DNA from: an uncultured Gemmataceae bacterium
GTDB lineage: Bacteria; Planctomycetota; Planctomycetia; Gemmatales; Gemmataceae
Direction: 5' to 3'
NCBI GenBank assembly: GCA_963750165.1
Contig: CAVVPN010000012.1
Coordinates: 64,001-128,000 of the forward strand
Length of the DNA stretch: 64,000 nt
The first letter of the stretch is position 1. Every line of letters begins with the position of its first letter. The translations under genes and the position numbers were made by a program. This document shows, one piece after another, positions 1-8,777 of this stretch. The notes below the pieces were generated by a model, which worked only from the letters and a program-made list of their open reading frames with translations, searched no databases and had not been told where the DNA came from.

Positions 1-141
1 GCGCGTCTGCACGTCGCCGCAGGCCGCGGCCAGCGCCGCGACGTGCGCCGGCGTCGTGCCGCAGCAACCGCCGCCCAGCACCGCCCCCGCCCGCACCACC
101 TCCGGTAACCAGTCCGCCAGCTGCCCCGGTGTCAGCTGTGC
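1..141 (-). pseudogene. C-terminal fragment of a homocysteine S-methyltransferase-family protein (runs off the window edge)
   Basis: The minus strand reads LTPGQLADWLPEVVRAGAVLGGGCCGTTPAHVAALA, containing the GGCCGT Zn-binding motif. An in-frame TAG lies at 142-144 just upstream and there is no N-terminal part. Confidence 0.6.
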
Positions 142-345
142 CTAATTCGGACCATCGGCGGCGGAACTGTCAGACTTGGTTGGCGTATGCCTCCGCCGGG
201 TGCCATGCTTTCACGGCCCACCTGCGCCGGAAGGGTTGCTCGTCACTCCCAGGGCGCGAAAGCATGCCGCCTGAATTTTTTCCCCGAACTTGCGTCTCTA
301 ACCTTGTTAAAGCCGCCGAAGTAGACCGTCTTGGGGCGTGGCGGC

Positions 346-606
346 TCACTCCTCGATCAGTTCATACGTGCCGCCGCCGGCCTTCTTGAGCTTGCCCTGC
401 TTGACGAGTTCGTCCCACACGGCCTGCGAAAACTGGTTCGGCGGCGTGATGGCGACGATGCCGGAACCGCGGCCGGTGCTCAGCGGGTTGCGCGTGAACT
501 GCGACTCCGCGTCCAGTCGCGTCACTTTCAAGCGTTTCTTGAACGCCTTCAACGCCTGCTTCAGTTCTTCCCGGCTCGGGGTGGCCGGGGTCGGTTCGGT
601 GGCCAT
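346..606 (-). CDS. Small conserved hypothetical protein (86 aa)
   Basis: Protein-like composition (ELKQALKAFKKRLK...AVWDELVKQGKLK), ATG start with AGGAG upstream. Confidence 0.75.
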   Translation of the reverse strand: MATEPTPATPSREELKQALKAFKKRLKVTRLDAESQFTRNPLSTGRGSGIVAITPPNQFSQAVWDELVKQGKLKKAGGGTYELIEE

Positions 607-707
607 GACCGCTGCTCCTGACGGTTTGTCTATCGGGGTCGCTCGCGTGCTGCTATTGTATGGCCGGTGTCGAGGTTCGGAAGAGCATCCCGACCGCCGA
701 GAGCGCC

Positions 708-1685
708 ATGGCCGACCACGATCAGCAATTCAAAACGCTGCTGCGCGCGTTCTTCAAGGAGTTCATCGAGTTGTTCTTCCCCAAGTGGGCGGGGCGCTTC
801 GACTTCACCGAGGTCGTCTGGCTCGACAAGGAGATTTTCCCCGACCCACCGCAGGGCAAGGCTTACGGCATCGACCTGCTGGCCAGGCTGAAGGTGCGGG
901 AGCCGGTGGTGCTGGCGCCAGGCGGGCACAAGCACTTGCTGGTGCTGGTCCATGTGGAGGTCGAGTCGGCGGACAAGGTGGCGCCGCTGCGGCCGCGCAT
1001 GTTCCACTACTACGAGCACCTGCGGCGGCACCACGACCTGCCGGTGCTGCCGATCGGCCTGTACCTGCGCGTCGGGCTCGACGGCGTGGGCTGGGACGAG
1101 TACGTCGAGCAGTTCTGGGAAGAGACGTTGCTGCGCTTCCGCTACGCCTACATTGGTCTGCCTGGCCTGGACGCCGTGGATTACCTGGATCGCGGCAATT
1201 GGCTGGGCGTGGCGCTGACGGCGCTGATGCGCGTGCCGCCGGCGCGGCGGTTGGAATTGGCGGAGGAAGCGTGGCGGCGTTTGATACAATGTGACACAGA
1301 TCAGTTCCGGCGGCTGCTCCTGTTCGGGTGTCTCGGGACGTACGCGCAGCTCGACGACAAGCAGCGTGAGGAACTGGACAACCGCTTACGGAATGATCCG
1401 GACCTGGGGGTGCAAGCCATGTCACTCGGCATTTTCGAGAAGTACCACAAGCAGGGCCTTGAGGAGGGCCGCGCGGAGGGTCGTGCGGAGGGCCGCGCGG
1501 AGGGCCGCGCGGAAGCTCGTGAAAAACAACTGAAACTGGTACGGAGACAGTTGGAAAAACGCTTCGGCCCACTCCTCGAGTCGGCCTTGACCCGCTTGGC
1601 AGCACTTTCGGATGAACAACTCGAGTCCTTGGCGTTGGCGCTGCTCGAAGCTAAATCGCTACAAGACCTGGGTCTGGCGGACTGA
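708..1685 (+). CDS. Rpn-family recombination-promoting nuclease/putative transposase (PD-(D/E)XK) with DUF4351-like C-terminus
   Basis: Motifs DHDQQFKTLL, IDLLARL, LVHVEVES and RMFHYY; EGRA repeats; C-terminal RQLEKRFG...LESLALALLEAKSLQDL. Start placed at ATG 708. Confidence 0.85.
   Translation: MADHDQQFKTLLRAFFKEFIELFFPKWAGRFDFTEVVWLDKEIFPDPPQGKAYGIDLLARLKVREPVVLAPGGHKHLLVLVHVEVESADKVAPLRPRMFHYYEHLRRHHDLPVLPIGLYLRVGLDGVGWDEYVEQFWEETLLRFRYAYIGLPGLDAVDYLDRGNWLGVALTALMRVPPARRLELAEEAWRRLIQCDTDQFRRLLLFGCLGTYAQLDDKQREELDNRLRNDPDLGVQAMSLGIFEKYHKQGLEEGRAEGRAEGRAEGRAEAREKQLKLVRRQLEKRFGPLLESALTRLAALSDEQLESLALALLEAKSLQDLGLAD
1464..1511 (+). repeat. 4 x 12-bp in-frame tandem repeat (EGRA)4
   Basis: gagggccgcgcg / gagggtcgtgcg / gagggccgcgcg / gagggccgcgcg. 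Confidence 0.9.
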
Positions 1686-1777
1686 TCGCTTCGGGAGGTG
1701 CGCACCGTTGCGCAAGGCGCGGCGCAAGGAATTGGCCAATCGCCATCGCAACGATCCAGACCCGAGGAGTGCAACCC

Positions 1778-2032
1778 ATGTCGAGGGGCATTTATGATGA
1801 AACTTACAGGCGAGATTTCGAGGAAGGCTATGCGGTAGGTATCCGGGAGACGGTACTGGCTCAACTGCAGGAAAAATTCGGGCCGATCAGCGCGGCGATC
1901 CAGGACTTGCTGAGGCCAATGACTGCCGAGCAACTCATCGAACTCGCGGTGGCGCTGCTCAAAGCCAATTCCTTGCAAGACCTTGGGCTGGCTGACTTGC
2001 ACATCTCGTTTCGGAAGTGCGCAGGCCGATGA
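1778..2032 (+). CDS. Stand-alone DUF4351-like protein, a diverged duplicate of the Rpn C-terminal module (RpnS-like)
   Basis: MSRGIYDE...QLQEKFGP...LAVALLKANSLQDLGLAD aligns with MSLGIFEK...QLEKRFGP...LALALLEAKSLQDLGLAD. GAGGAG Shine-Dalgarno precedes ATG 1778. Confidence 0.75.
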   Translation: MSRGIYDETYRRDFEEGYAVGIRETVLAQLQEKFGPISAAIQDLLRPMTAEQLIELAVALLKANSLQDLGLADLHISFRKCAGR

Positions 2033-3069
2033 CCATCACCGACGTGCGCGCCGTCCAGCCAGTCGCCGCCAACTCGCCGCCCGACTGGCGCACCACCTTC
2101 GGCCAGATCCTCGTCGCCATCGACACCAACGTCGGCCTGACCGGCTACGGCGTCGGCGGCGGCGGCGCGGCGGGCGTGCAGATCGTCCGCACCATTCTGC
2201 GCAACGTCCTGCTCGGCCGCGCCCCGCAGCCCATCGAACCGCTCTGGCAGCGGATGTATGCCGCGACGCTGCCGTTCGGCCGCCGCGGCCTGGCGGTCAT
2301 GGCACTCAGCGGCGTGGATCTGGCCCTGTGGGACCTGCTCGGCAAGACCGAACGCTGTTCGGTGGCCAAACTCCTCGGCGGCGCCCGGCACACCGAGGTG
2401 CCGGCGTACCTGACCGTCTGGAGCCAGCTGGCACGGGAGGAGGCCGGGAAGTACGCCGCCTATAAACTGCACGCCGGCAAGCTCGAACTCGGCTCGCGGG
2501 ACGAGGATCGCGTTGTGACGGCGGTCGAAGACGCCCGGCAACTCGTCGGCCCAAATATCCCGTTGATGCTCGACGCCTGGATGCAGTGGGACATCGACAC
2601 GACGCTGCGCGTGGCGGAGCGCGTGCGGCCGCTGGGTGTGGACTGGGTCGAGGAGCCGCTGTCGCCCGATGACCTGGCCGGCTATGCCGTGCTGCGTGAC
2701 CGCTGCCCGGTGCCCATCGCTGGCGGCGAACACGAGTTCACGGCCTTCGGCTTCGCGCCACTCATCGAGCAGCGGTTGCACCACGTCCTGCAGCCGGACG
2801 TGTGCTGGTGCGGCGGCATGACGGAGCTGGTCAAAATCTATCGGCTGGCGCACCCCGCGGGGCTGCGCGTCTGTCCGCACCGCGGCGCCGAGCTGTGGGC
2901 GCTGCCGGCGCTGGCGGCGCTCGACCCGCAACCGCTGGCGGAATCCGGCCGGCCGTGGCTGCCGTGGGTCGGCGGCCAACCGCCCATTCGCGCTGGCGTT
3001 ATCGCAGTGCCGGACGAACCCGGCTTCGGCGTCGTCATCGACGAGGCGAAGCTGCCTTCTCCGTGGTGA
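2029..3069 (+). CDS. Mandelate racemase/muconate lactonizing (enolase superfamily) enzyme, acid-sugar dehydratase-like
   Basis: Motifs SGVDLALWDLLGK, LMLDA, WVEEP, PIAGGEH, QPDVCWCGG and P..PGFGV. Confidence 0.9.
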   Translation: MTITDVRAVQPVAANSPPDWRTTFGQILVAIDTNVGLTGYGVGGGGAAGVQIVRTILRNVLLGRAPQPIEPLWQRMYAATLPFGRRGLAVMALSGVDLALWDLLGKTERCSVAKLLGGARHTEVPAYLTVWSQLAREEAGKYAAYKLHAGKLELGSRDEDRVVTAVEDARQLVGPNIPLMLDAWMQWDIDTTLRVAERVRPLGVDWVEEPLSPDDLAGYAVLRDRCPVPIAGGEHEFTAFGFAPLIEQRLHHVLQPDVCWCGGMTELVKIYRLAHPAGLRVCPHRGAELWALPALAALDPQPLAESGRPWLPWVGGQPPIRAGVIAVPDEPGFGVVIDEAKLPSPW

Positions 3070-3140
3070 AATCCCTTCCATAATCCGCGGCCACACCTAC
3101 AATCGGCACCATTACTCCCCGCGCACCCAGAGACGCCGCC

Positions 3141-5023
3141 ATGCTCCTGGCCTCGTATCAACAGCACCTCGACCCGCTGTCGTCGCACAACATCCCCTGG
3201 TCGCAGGTGTGGTCCACGCTGCTGGCGGCGCTGCCGGTCCTGGTGCTTTTCTGGCTGCTAGTGCCGCGCCGCTGGCTGGCGTCCAAGGCCGGCGCCGCCG
3301 GGGCCGTCACCGCCATCGTCCTGGCCATCGTCATCTACGGCATGCCGGCGCCGATGGCGGTCATGGCGTTCGTGCAGGGGGCCGGCTTCGGTCTCTTGCC
3401 GGTCGGCTGGACCATCTTCAGCGCCATGCTCCTGTACAACATCACCGTTGAGACCGGCCACTTCGCCATCGTGCGCCGCAGCGTTGCGGGGCTGTCCGGC
3501 GACGCCCGCATCCAGGCAGTGCTGATCGGCTTCGCCTTCGGCGCTTTCCTGGAAGGGGCGGCCGGCGGCGGTACGCCGGTCGCCATCTGCGGCGCCATCA
3601 TGGTCGGCCTCGGCTTCCATCCCTTTCTCGCCGCGGTGCTGTGCCTGATCGCCAACACCTCACCCGTCGCCTACGGCGGCCTCGGCACGCCGCTCATCGT
3701 CCTCGGCGGCGTCACTACCGGGCTGCCGACCGAAACGCTCAGCGTCATGGCCAGCCACCAACTACCGTTTTTGTCGTTCCTGGTGCCGCTGTACATGACC
3801 AAGTGCATGTGTACCTGGAAGCAAACGCGCGAAGTCTGGCCGGTGTTGCTGGTGTCCGGCGGTTCCTTCGCGCTATTCCAGTACACGTTCGCCACTGCTC
3901 ACCTGCATTTCGGCACGGTGCTGTACCCCATGACCGACATCGGCGGCGGCATCTTCTCGCTGGTGGTGACGGCGCTTTTCTGCGCTTCTGGAAGCCGAAG
4001 AAGGAGTGGCACTTCGACCACCCGGTCACGCCACCCCCGGCCGCGCCCACGCCGGCAGCCGAACCCCCGGCCGCCCACGCCGCCGAGGCCGAGACGCTGC
4101 TCGCCGGAACCAACGGCGAACCCAAAAAGGCAGCGGAGGCGCCGCTCACGTGGAAAAGCGTTAGCCTGGCGTGGGCACCGTACGCCCTGATGTCGGTATT
4201 GCTGCTGTTGACGGGCCTGGTGCGACAGGAGGAGGAAGACACCAAGAAACACGGGCCGAAGCAACCCGGCCACGGTTTCGTCCAGATCGCTGGGCCGCTG
4301 TACACGAATTACCAGATCCCCATCCCGACGCTGCACAACGAATCGTCCCGCGACAAGCGGCTGCTGGGGCGGGACAAGGAGTCGAAGCCGGAAGGGGCGC
4401 TGTTCAACTTCGCCTGGCTGACGGCGCCGGGCTCGGCGGTGTTCGTGGCGGCGCTGCTGTCGATGCTGCTGTTGCGCATGAACCGGGCTCAGGTCGGCCG
4501 TGTCTTCCTGCGGACGTTCTTCCAGATGAAGGTGCCGATCCCGACCATCGCGTGCATGCTCGGCCTGAGCTACGTGACGCGCTACAGCGGTATGGACGCG
4601 ACGCTGGGCTACGCTTTCTCGGCAACGGGGGCGCTGTACCCGTTCTTCGCGGCGCTGCTCGGCTGGCTGGGCGTCTTCCTGACCGGCACCGACGCGGGCA
4701 GCAACGCCCTGTTCGGCTCGCTGCAGCAGATCACCGCGCAGCAGGTGCATCAGAACAACCCGGCCCTGTTCACGGGCGGCCTGTCCTCACCGCAACTGGA
4801 AGTGCTGCTGTGTACGGCCAACAGCACGGGCGGCGTCATGGGCAAGATGATCGACGCCCAGAGCATCTGCGTGGCGACGGCGGCAACGCACCAGATCGGC
4901 AAGGAAGCGGACATCTTCAAGGCGGTGGTCTGGCACAGCCTCCTGCTGGCGGCGCTGGTCGGCCTGATGACGCTGTTGCAGGCGTACGTCTACCCGTTCA
5001 CGCTGATGGTGCCGAAACCGTAA
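3141..5023 (+). CDS. lctP: L-lactate permease (LctP/LldP family), 1-bp frameshift near 3980
   Basis: N-half has FGAFLEGAAGGGTPVAI and ANTSPVAYGGLGTP. C-half, in the next frame, has LGWLGVFLTGTDAGSNALFG and NSTGGVMGKMI. Confidence 0.85.
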
Positions 5024-5200
5024 GGACGCGGCGGCAACGGGTTTGTTGATGAAGCCGGCCTCAGGCGTAGCCCATCCAGGGCGTGCGGCCGTGGCGGACC
5101 TTGCCTCGCGTTTCCGTGTGGGGCCTGGGAATGAGAATCCGAATCGACTCCTCACGCCTTTCCCGCGCCGCGCGGAAGCGACCGCGGCCGGTGATTGCGG

Positions 5201-5230
5201 TTGACCGCCGACCGCGCCGCAGCATATAGT
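5201..5230 (+). promoter_or_regulatory. Possible sigma70 promoter
   Basis: TTGACC-N18-TATAGT just upstream of the 5235 ORF. Confidence 0.35.
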
Positions 5231-5234
5231 TTCA

Positions 5235-5522
5235 TTGGCTGATTTCCTTTGTGCGAAGGAGCAACCCGTGGCCTCCAAGTCGAAACGACGATCCGAGCAG
5301 GTTCTTGGCTTTGTCGGCGTCGGCCTGGACAACCAGGACGACCACCAACGCCTGACGCGCGCCGAGCACTTTGTCCTGATCGGCGGCTCCGCGGAGACGC
5401 ACGAACGGATGCAGGACGTGACCATTCGCTTCAACGAATCGCTGAAGCAGCGCGACAAGACGCTGCCAGAGTTGTCGCTGCAGGAAGTGGCGGACCTGCT
5501 GCACCGGGCGATGGAAGATTGA
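5235..5522 (+). CDS. Conserved hypothetical protein (start may be GTG 5268)
   Basis: GVGLDNQDDHQRLTRAEHFVLIGGSAETHERMQ is protein-like; AAGGAG precedes GTG 5268. Confidence 0.75.
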   Translation: MADFLCAKEQPVASKSKRRSEQVLGFVGVGLDNQDDHQRLTRAEHFVLIGGSAETHERMQDVTIRFNESLKQRDKTLPELSLQEVADLLHRAMED

Positions 5523-5527
5523 AGAAG

Positions 5528-5613
5528 TGCAGATTGCCAATGGCCGATTGCAAATTGAAAGACCAGCAAAGTTCCCGGTCTTTCAATCGGCAATCGGCAA
5601 TCGGCAATCTGCA
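5528..5613. repeat. Heptamer-based inverted repeat (long hairpin)
   Basis: tgcagattgccaatggccgattgcaaattgaaagacc ... ggtctttcaatcggcaatcggcaatcggcaatctgca. Confidence 0.8.
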
Positions 5614-5687
5614 ATTCCTCCGAAACTCTCCCGCCATCGCCCCAGTATCTTCTCCTGACGACCTCCCGTGGACCCTGGTGGCCGCAC

Positions 5688-6242
5688 GTGTCGGACGAAG
5701 CCCTGCTGGTGGACCGCTGCCGGGATGGCGACGCCTCGGCCGTCCGGGCGCTGGTGGAGCGCTTCCAGAGCGACGTGTACGCCCTGTGCGTCCGCCTGCT
5801 GCAACACCGCCAGGACGCCGAGGACGTGTGCCAGGAAGTGTTCCTGCGCGTCTTCCGCAGCTTGCACCGCTGGGACCCGCAACGGCCGCTCAAGCCGTGG
5901 ATCATCGGCATCGCCGTCAACCGCTGTCGTACCTGGCTCGGCCAGCGCAGCCGGCGGCCGGAGCTGGTCGATTACCTCCAGGACACTGCCGCCAGCCGGC
6001 CCGACGACGACTCCGAGGAGTTGGTGCGAGAGATTCAGGCCGCCCTGGCGGAACTGCGGCCGGACTACCGCCTGGTGTTCGTGCTGTTCCACGAACAGGG
6101 TTTGCCGTATGACGACATCGCCACCCAGCTGCACCGACCGGTCGGCACCATCAAGACCTGGCTGCACCGGGCGCGGCTGGAAATACTGGACCGGCTGCGC
6201 CAGCGCGGCATGATTTCCGAGGTGGGCCATGAACTGCCCTGA
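5688..6242 (+). CDS. ECF sigma-70 factor
   Basis: Region 2 DAEDVCQEVFLRVFRSL and W...IAVNRC; region 4 LPYDDIA...PVGTIKTWLHRAR. Confidence 0.92.
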   Translation: MSDEALLVDRCRDGDASAVRALVERFQSDVYALCVRLLQHRQDAEDVCQEVFLRVFRSLHRWDPQRPLKPWIIGIAVNRCRTWLGQRSRRPELVDYLQDTAASRPDDDSEELVREIQAALAELRPDYRLVFVLFHEQGLPYDDIATQLHRPVGTIKTWLHRARLEILDRLRQRGMISEVGHELP

Positions 6243-6963
6243 GAGCGAACCACACCTGCAAGCGCTGCTCGATGGCGATACCGCCCCGTCCGCGCCCGAC
6301 TTCCTGGCCCACCTGGCCGCCTGCCCGGCGTGCCGCGGCCGTCACGGCGCCGCCCTGCGCCTGCTGCACGGCCTGCCCTTGCTACCGCGGCCGACAGCAC
6401 CCACCGGCCTGAGCCTGCGCGTCACCGCCGCGGTGTTGCGCGACCGCCGGGAACGGCGCTCCCGCCTCCGCCGCTGGGCGACCGTCGCCGCGGCCGCCGT
6501 CCTGCTGCTGGCCCCGTTCCTCGGCCTGCACTGGCTGCGCCAGCTGGAACTGCCCGCCCGCCCACCGCTGATCGTCCGCAGCCAACCCAAGCCACCGCCG
6601 GCCCCCGATGACCTGGTCAAGCATGCGCCGAAACCCGAGCCCAGGACCGAACCGCTGCGGCCGCAGCTGGAGGAGACGCGCCAGGCGCTGGCGGCCGTGG
6701 GCGACCGGTTGACGAAGGTGAACCTCCAGCCACAGCGACTGATGTACACGGCGACGCTGCCGATGGGCATGGCGCCGCTGGACAGCCTGACGCACCTGGA
6801 GCCGCTCAACCAGCCGGTCGCCGGCGCCGCCCAGGGCGTCCAGAACGCCGGCAAGGGCGTCGGCATCGGTGTGCAGACGGTCACCGGCACCACCCGGCGG
6901 GCGCTGTCGTTCTTCCTGCGTGAGCTTCCGCCGTTGGCCTCCCCGCGTAAACGCTCCCTGTAA
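6229..6963 (+). CDS. Zinc-finger (zf-HC2) membrane anti-sigma factor
   Basis: MNC...HLAACPAC motif, one TM helix, overlaps the sigma gene stop. Confidence 0.8.
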   Translation: MNCPESEPHLQALLDGDTAPSAPDFLAHLAACPACRGRHGAALRLLHGLPLLPRPTAPTGLSLRVTAAVLRDRRERRSRLRRWATVAAAAVLLLAPFLGLHWLRQLELPARPPLIVRSQPKPPPAPDDLVKHAPKPEPRTEPLRPQLEETRQALAAVGDRLTKVNLQPQRLMYTATLPMGMAPLDSLTHLEPLNQPVAGAAQGVQNAGKGVGIGVQTVTGTTRRALSFFLRELPPLASPRKRSL

Positions 6964-6979
6964 CCCCGGACATCCTGCC

Positions 6980-8695
6980 ATGAGAGTAACGCTGCTGTCG
7001 CGCTCGACGGTACTCGCCTGCGCCCTGCTGTCGCTGGCGGCCGGGGTGGTGCGGGCGGACGGGCCACGCACCGAGCTGGCTCGCCTGGTGCCCGACAAGG
7101 TCGCAGTCTGCCTGGTGATCGGCGACCTGCGCGGCCAGGCCGACAAGATGAAACAATCCGCATGGCTGAAGAAGGTGCGCGAGTCGCCGTTGGGGCGTGA
7201 TCTGGCCGAGGCCCTGAATGGGGCGAAGCTTGGACAGTTCGGCGACCTGCTGCAGAAGCGCCTGGGCGTGACCTGGCCGCAGCTGCGCGACGAGGTGCTC
7301 GGCGATGCCGTGATTTTTGCCTACCAGCCCGGCCCGCCCGACCGGCCCGACGACGAGCAGGGATTGCTGCTGCTGCAAGTGCGCAGCCCGGCGGTGCTGG
7401 CGAAACTGATGGAGCGCCTGAACGCGGTGCAGAAAAAATCGGGTGAGTTGAAGAAGCTGGAGGCGCGACAACACCAGGGCAAAACCTACTTCCGCCGCGT
7501 GGAGGGCGACGGCGAGCAGTTCTACCACCTCGACGGCGGTTTGCTGGCGTTCAGCGGCCACGAGGCCATGCTCAAGCGCGTGCTGGAGCGGGCCGCGGCG
7601 CCCAAGGCCGAGACGCTGCCGCCGCTGGCGGAGCACGTCAAACTGGCCGGGGCCGACAAGGCGCTGGTGACGCTGTGGGTGAATCCGCGAGCGCTGGACG
7701 CCGAGTTGCAGGACAAATTCGCCGCGGCGGAGGGCCAGGCGGCGCACGTCCTGAAGGTGCTCCTGCGTTACTGGCGGGGGCTGGAAGGCGTGTCGCTGGC
7801 ACTGACGCTGGAGCCGGTGGCGGAAGTGCGGGTGGCGCTGCAGGCACGCCGCGATCAGTTGCCGCCGGCGGCGCAGCGCGTCGCGGTGGCGGCGGCGCAG
7901 CCGTCGGAGTTATGGTCGCGCTTCCCGAAGGACGCGGTGCTGACCGCGGCGGGCCGCGTGGACGTGGCGGCGCTGCTGGAGGTGTTCCGCGAGTGGACGC
8001 CGCCCGAGGCGGACCAGAAGTTGCGTGATTCCTTCCGCGGCAATCCCTGGCTGGAAATGAGCCGAAAACTCTTCGGCCAGCTGCTGGCGCAGCTGGGCCC
8101 GGACTGCGGCCTGTCCCTGACGACCGGTTCGCAAAAGGAGGCGCCGCCGCAGCTGCTGCTGGCCGTACGGTTGCAGTCGGGCAAGCCCGGCCAGGCCCTG
8201 GACCGCAAGCTGTACACGGGGATGATGGCCCTGGTGGCACTGGCAGTGACGGACCACAACCGCACGCACAAGGACCAGATCCGCATGAAGACGCTCCGGC
8301 AGGGCAAGGTCGAGGTCAAGTACCTGGTGAACGGCAAGGAGTTCCCCAAAGGCTTTCGACCGGCGTTCGCTTTGAAGGAGGGCTACCTGGTGGTCGCCAG
8401 TTCGCCGGAGGCCGTCGTGCGCTTCGCCGCCGGCCCGGCCGCGCTGCCGGACACGACGGACGGCACACCGCTGCTGCGCCTGAACGTGCGCCAGCTGACG
8501 CGGTTGCTCAAGGAGCAGCGCGAGGGCGTGCTGGCGGTGCTGGCGAAGAGGCACGGTCTGCAGCCCGAGCTGGCGGCGGTGGTGCTGGAGGGCCTGAAGG
8601 GCGGCCTCGACCTGTTCGAGGACGTGCGGCTGACGCAGCGCAACGAGGGGCCGCGGACGCTGTGGCTGTTGCGGCTGCGATCCGCGGCGAAGTAG
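6980..8695 (+). CDS. Exported hypothetical protein (DUF3352-like architecture)
   Basis: Signal peptide (LACALLSLAAGVVRA), long ORF co-oriented in the sigma operon. Confidence 0.7.
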   Translation: MRVTLLSRSTVLACALLSLAAGVVRADGPRTELARLVPDKVAVCLVIGDLRGQADKMKQSAWLKKVRESPLGRDLAEALNGAKLGQFGDLLQKRLGVTWPQLRDEVLGDAVIFAYQPGPPDRPDDEQGLLLLQVRSPAVLAKLMERLNAVQKKSGELKKLEARQHQGKTYFRRVEGDGEQFYHLDGGLLAFSGHEAMLKRVLERAAAPKAETLPPLAEHVKLAGADKALVTLWVNPRALDAELQDKFAAAEGQAAHVLKVLLRYWRGLEGVSLALTLEPVAEVRVALQARRDQLPPAAQRVAVAAAQPSELWSRFPKDAVLTAAGRVDVAALLEVFREWTPPEADQKLRDSFRGNPWLEMSRKLFGQLLAQLGPDCGLSLTTGSQKEAPPQLLLAVRLQSGKPGQALDRKLYTGMMALVALAVTDHNRTHKDQIRMKTLRQGKVEVKYLVNGKEFPKGFRPAFALKEGYLVVASSPEAVVRFAAGPAALPDTTDGTPLLRLNVRQLTRLLKEQREGVLAVLAKRHGLQPELAAVVLEGLKGGLDLFEDVRLTQRNEGPRTLWLLRLRSAAK

Positions 8696-8703
8696 TCCGA
8701 AAT

Positions 8704-8764
8704 AACCAGTACCCGATTTATCGGTTCGCGTGAGCTGCGCGAACCGATAAATCGGGTACTGGTT
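8704..8764. repeat. REP-like perfect 27-bp inverted repeat between convergent genes (possible bidirectional terminator)
   Basis: aaccagtacccgatttatcggttcgcg-N7-cgcgaaccgataaatcgggtactggtt. Confidence 0.85.
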
Positions 8765-8777
8765 GCAAGCACATCTT

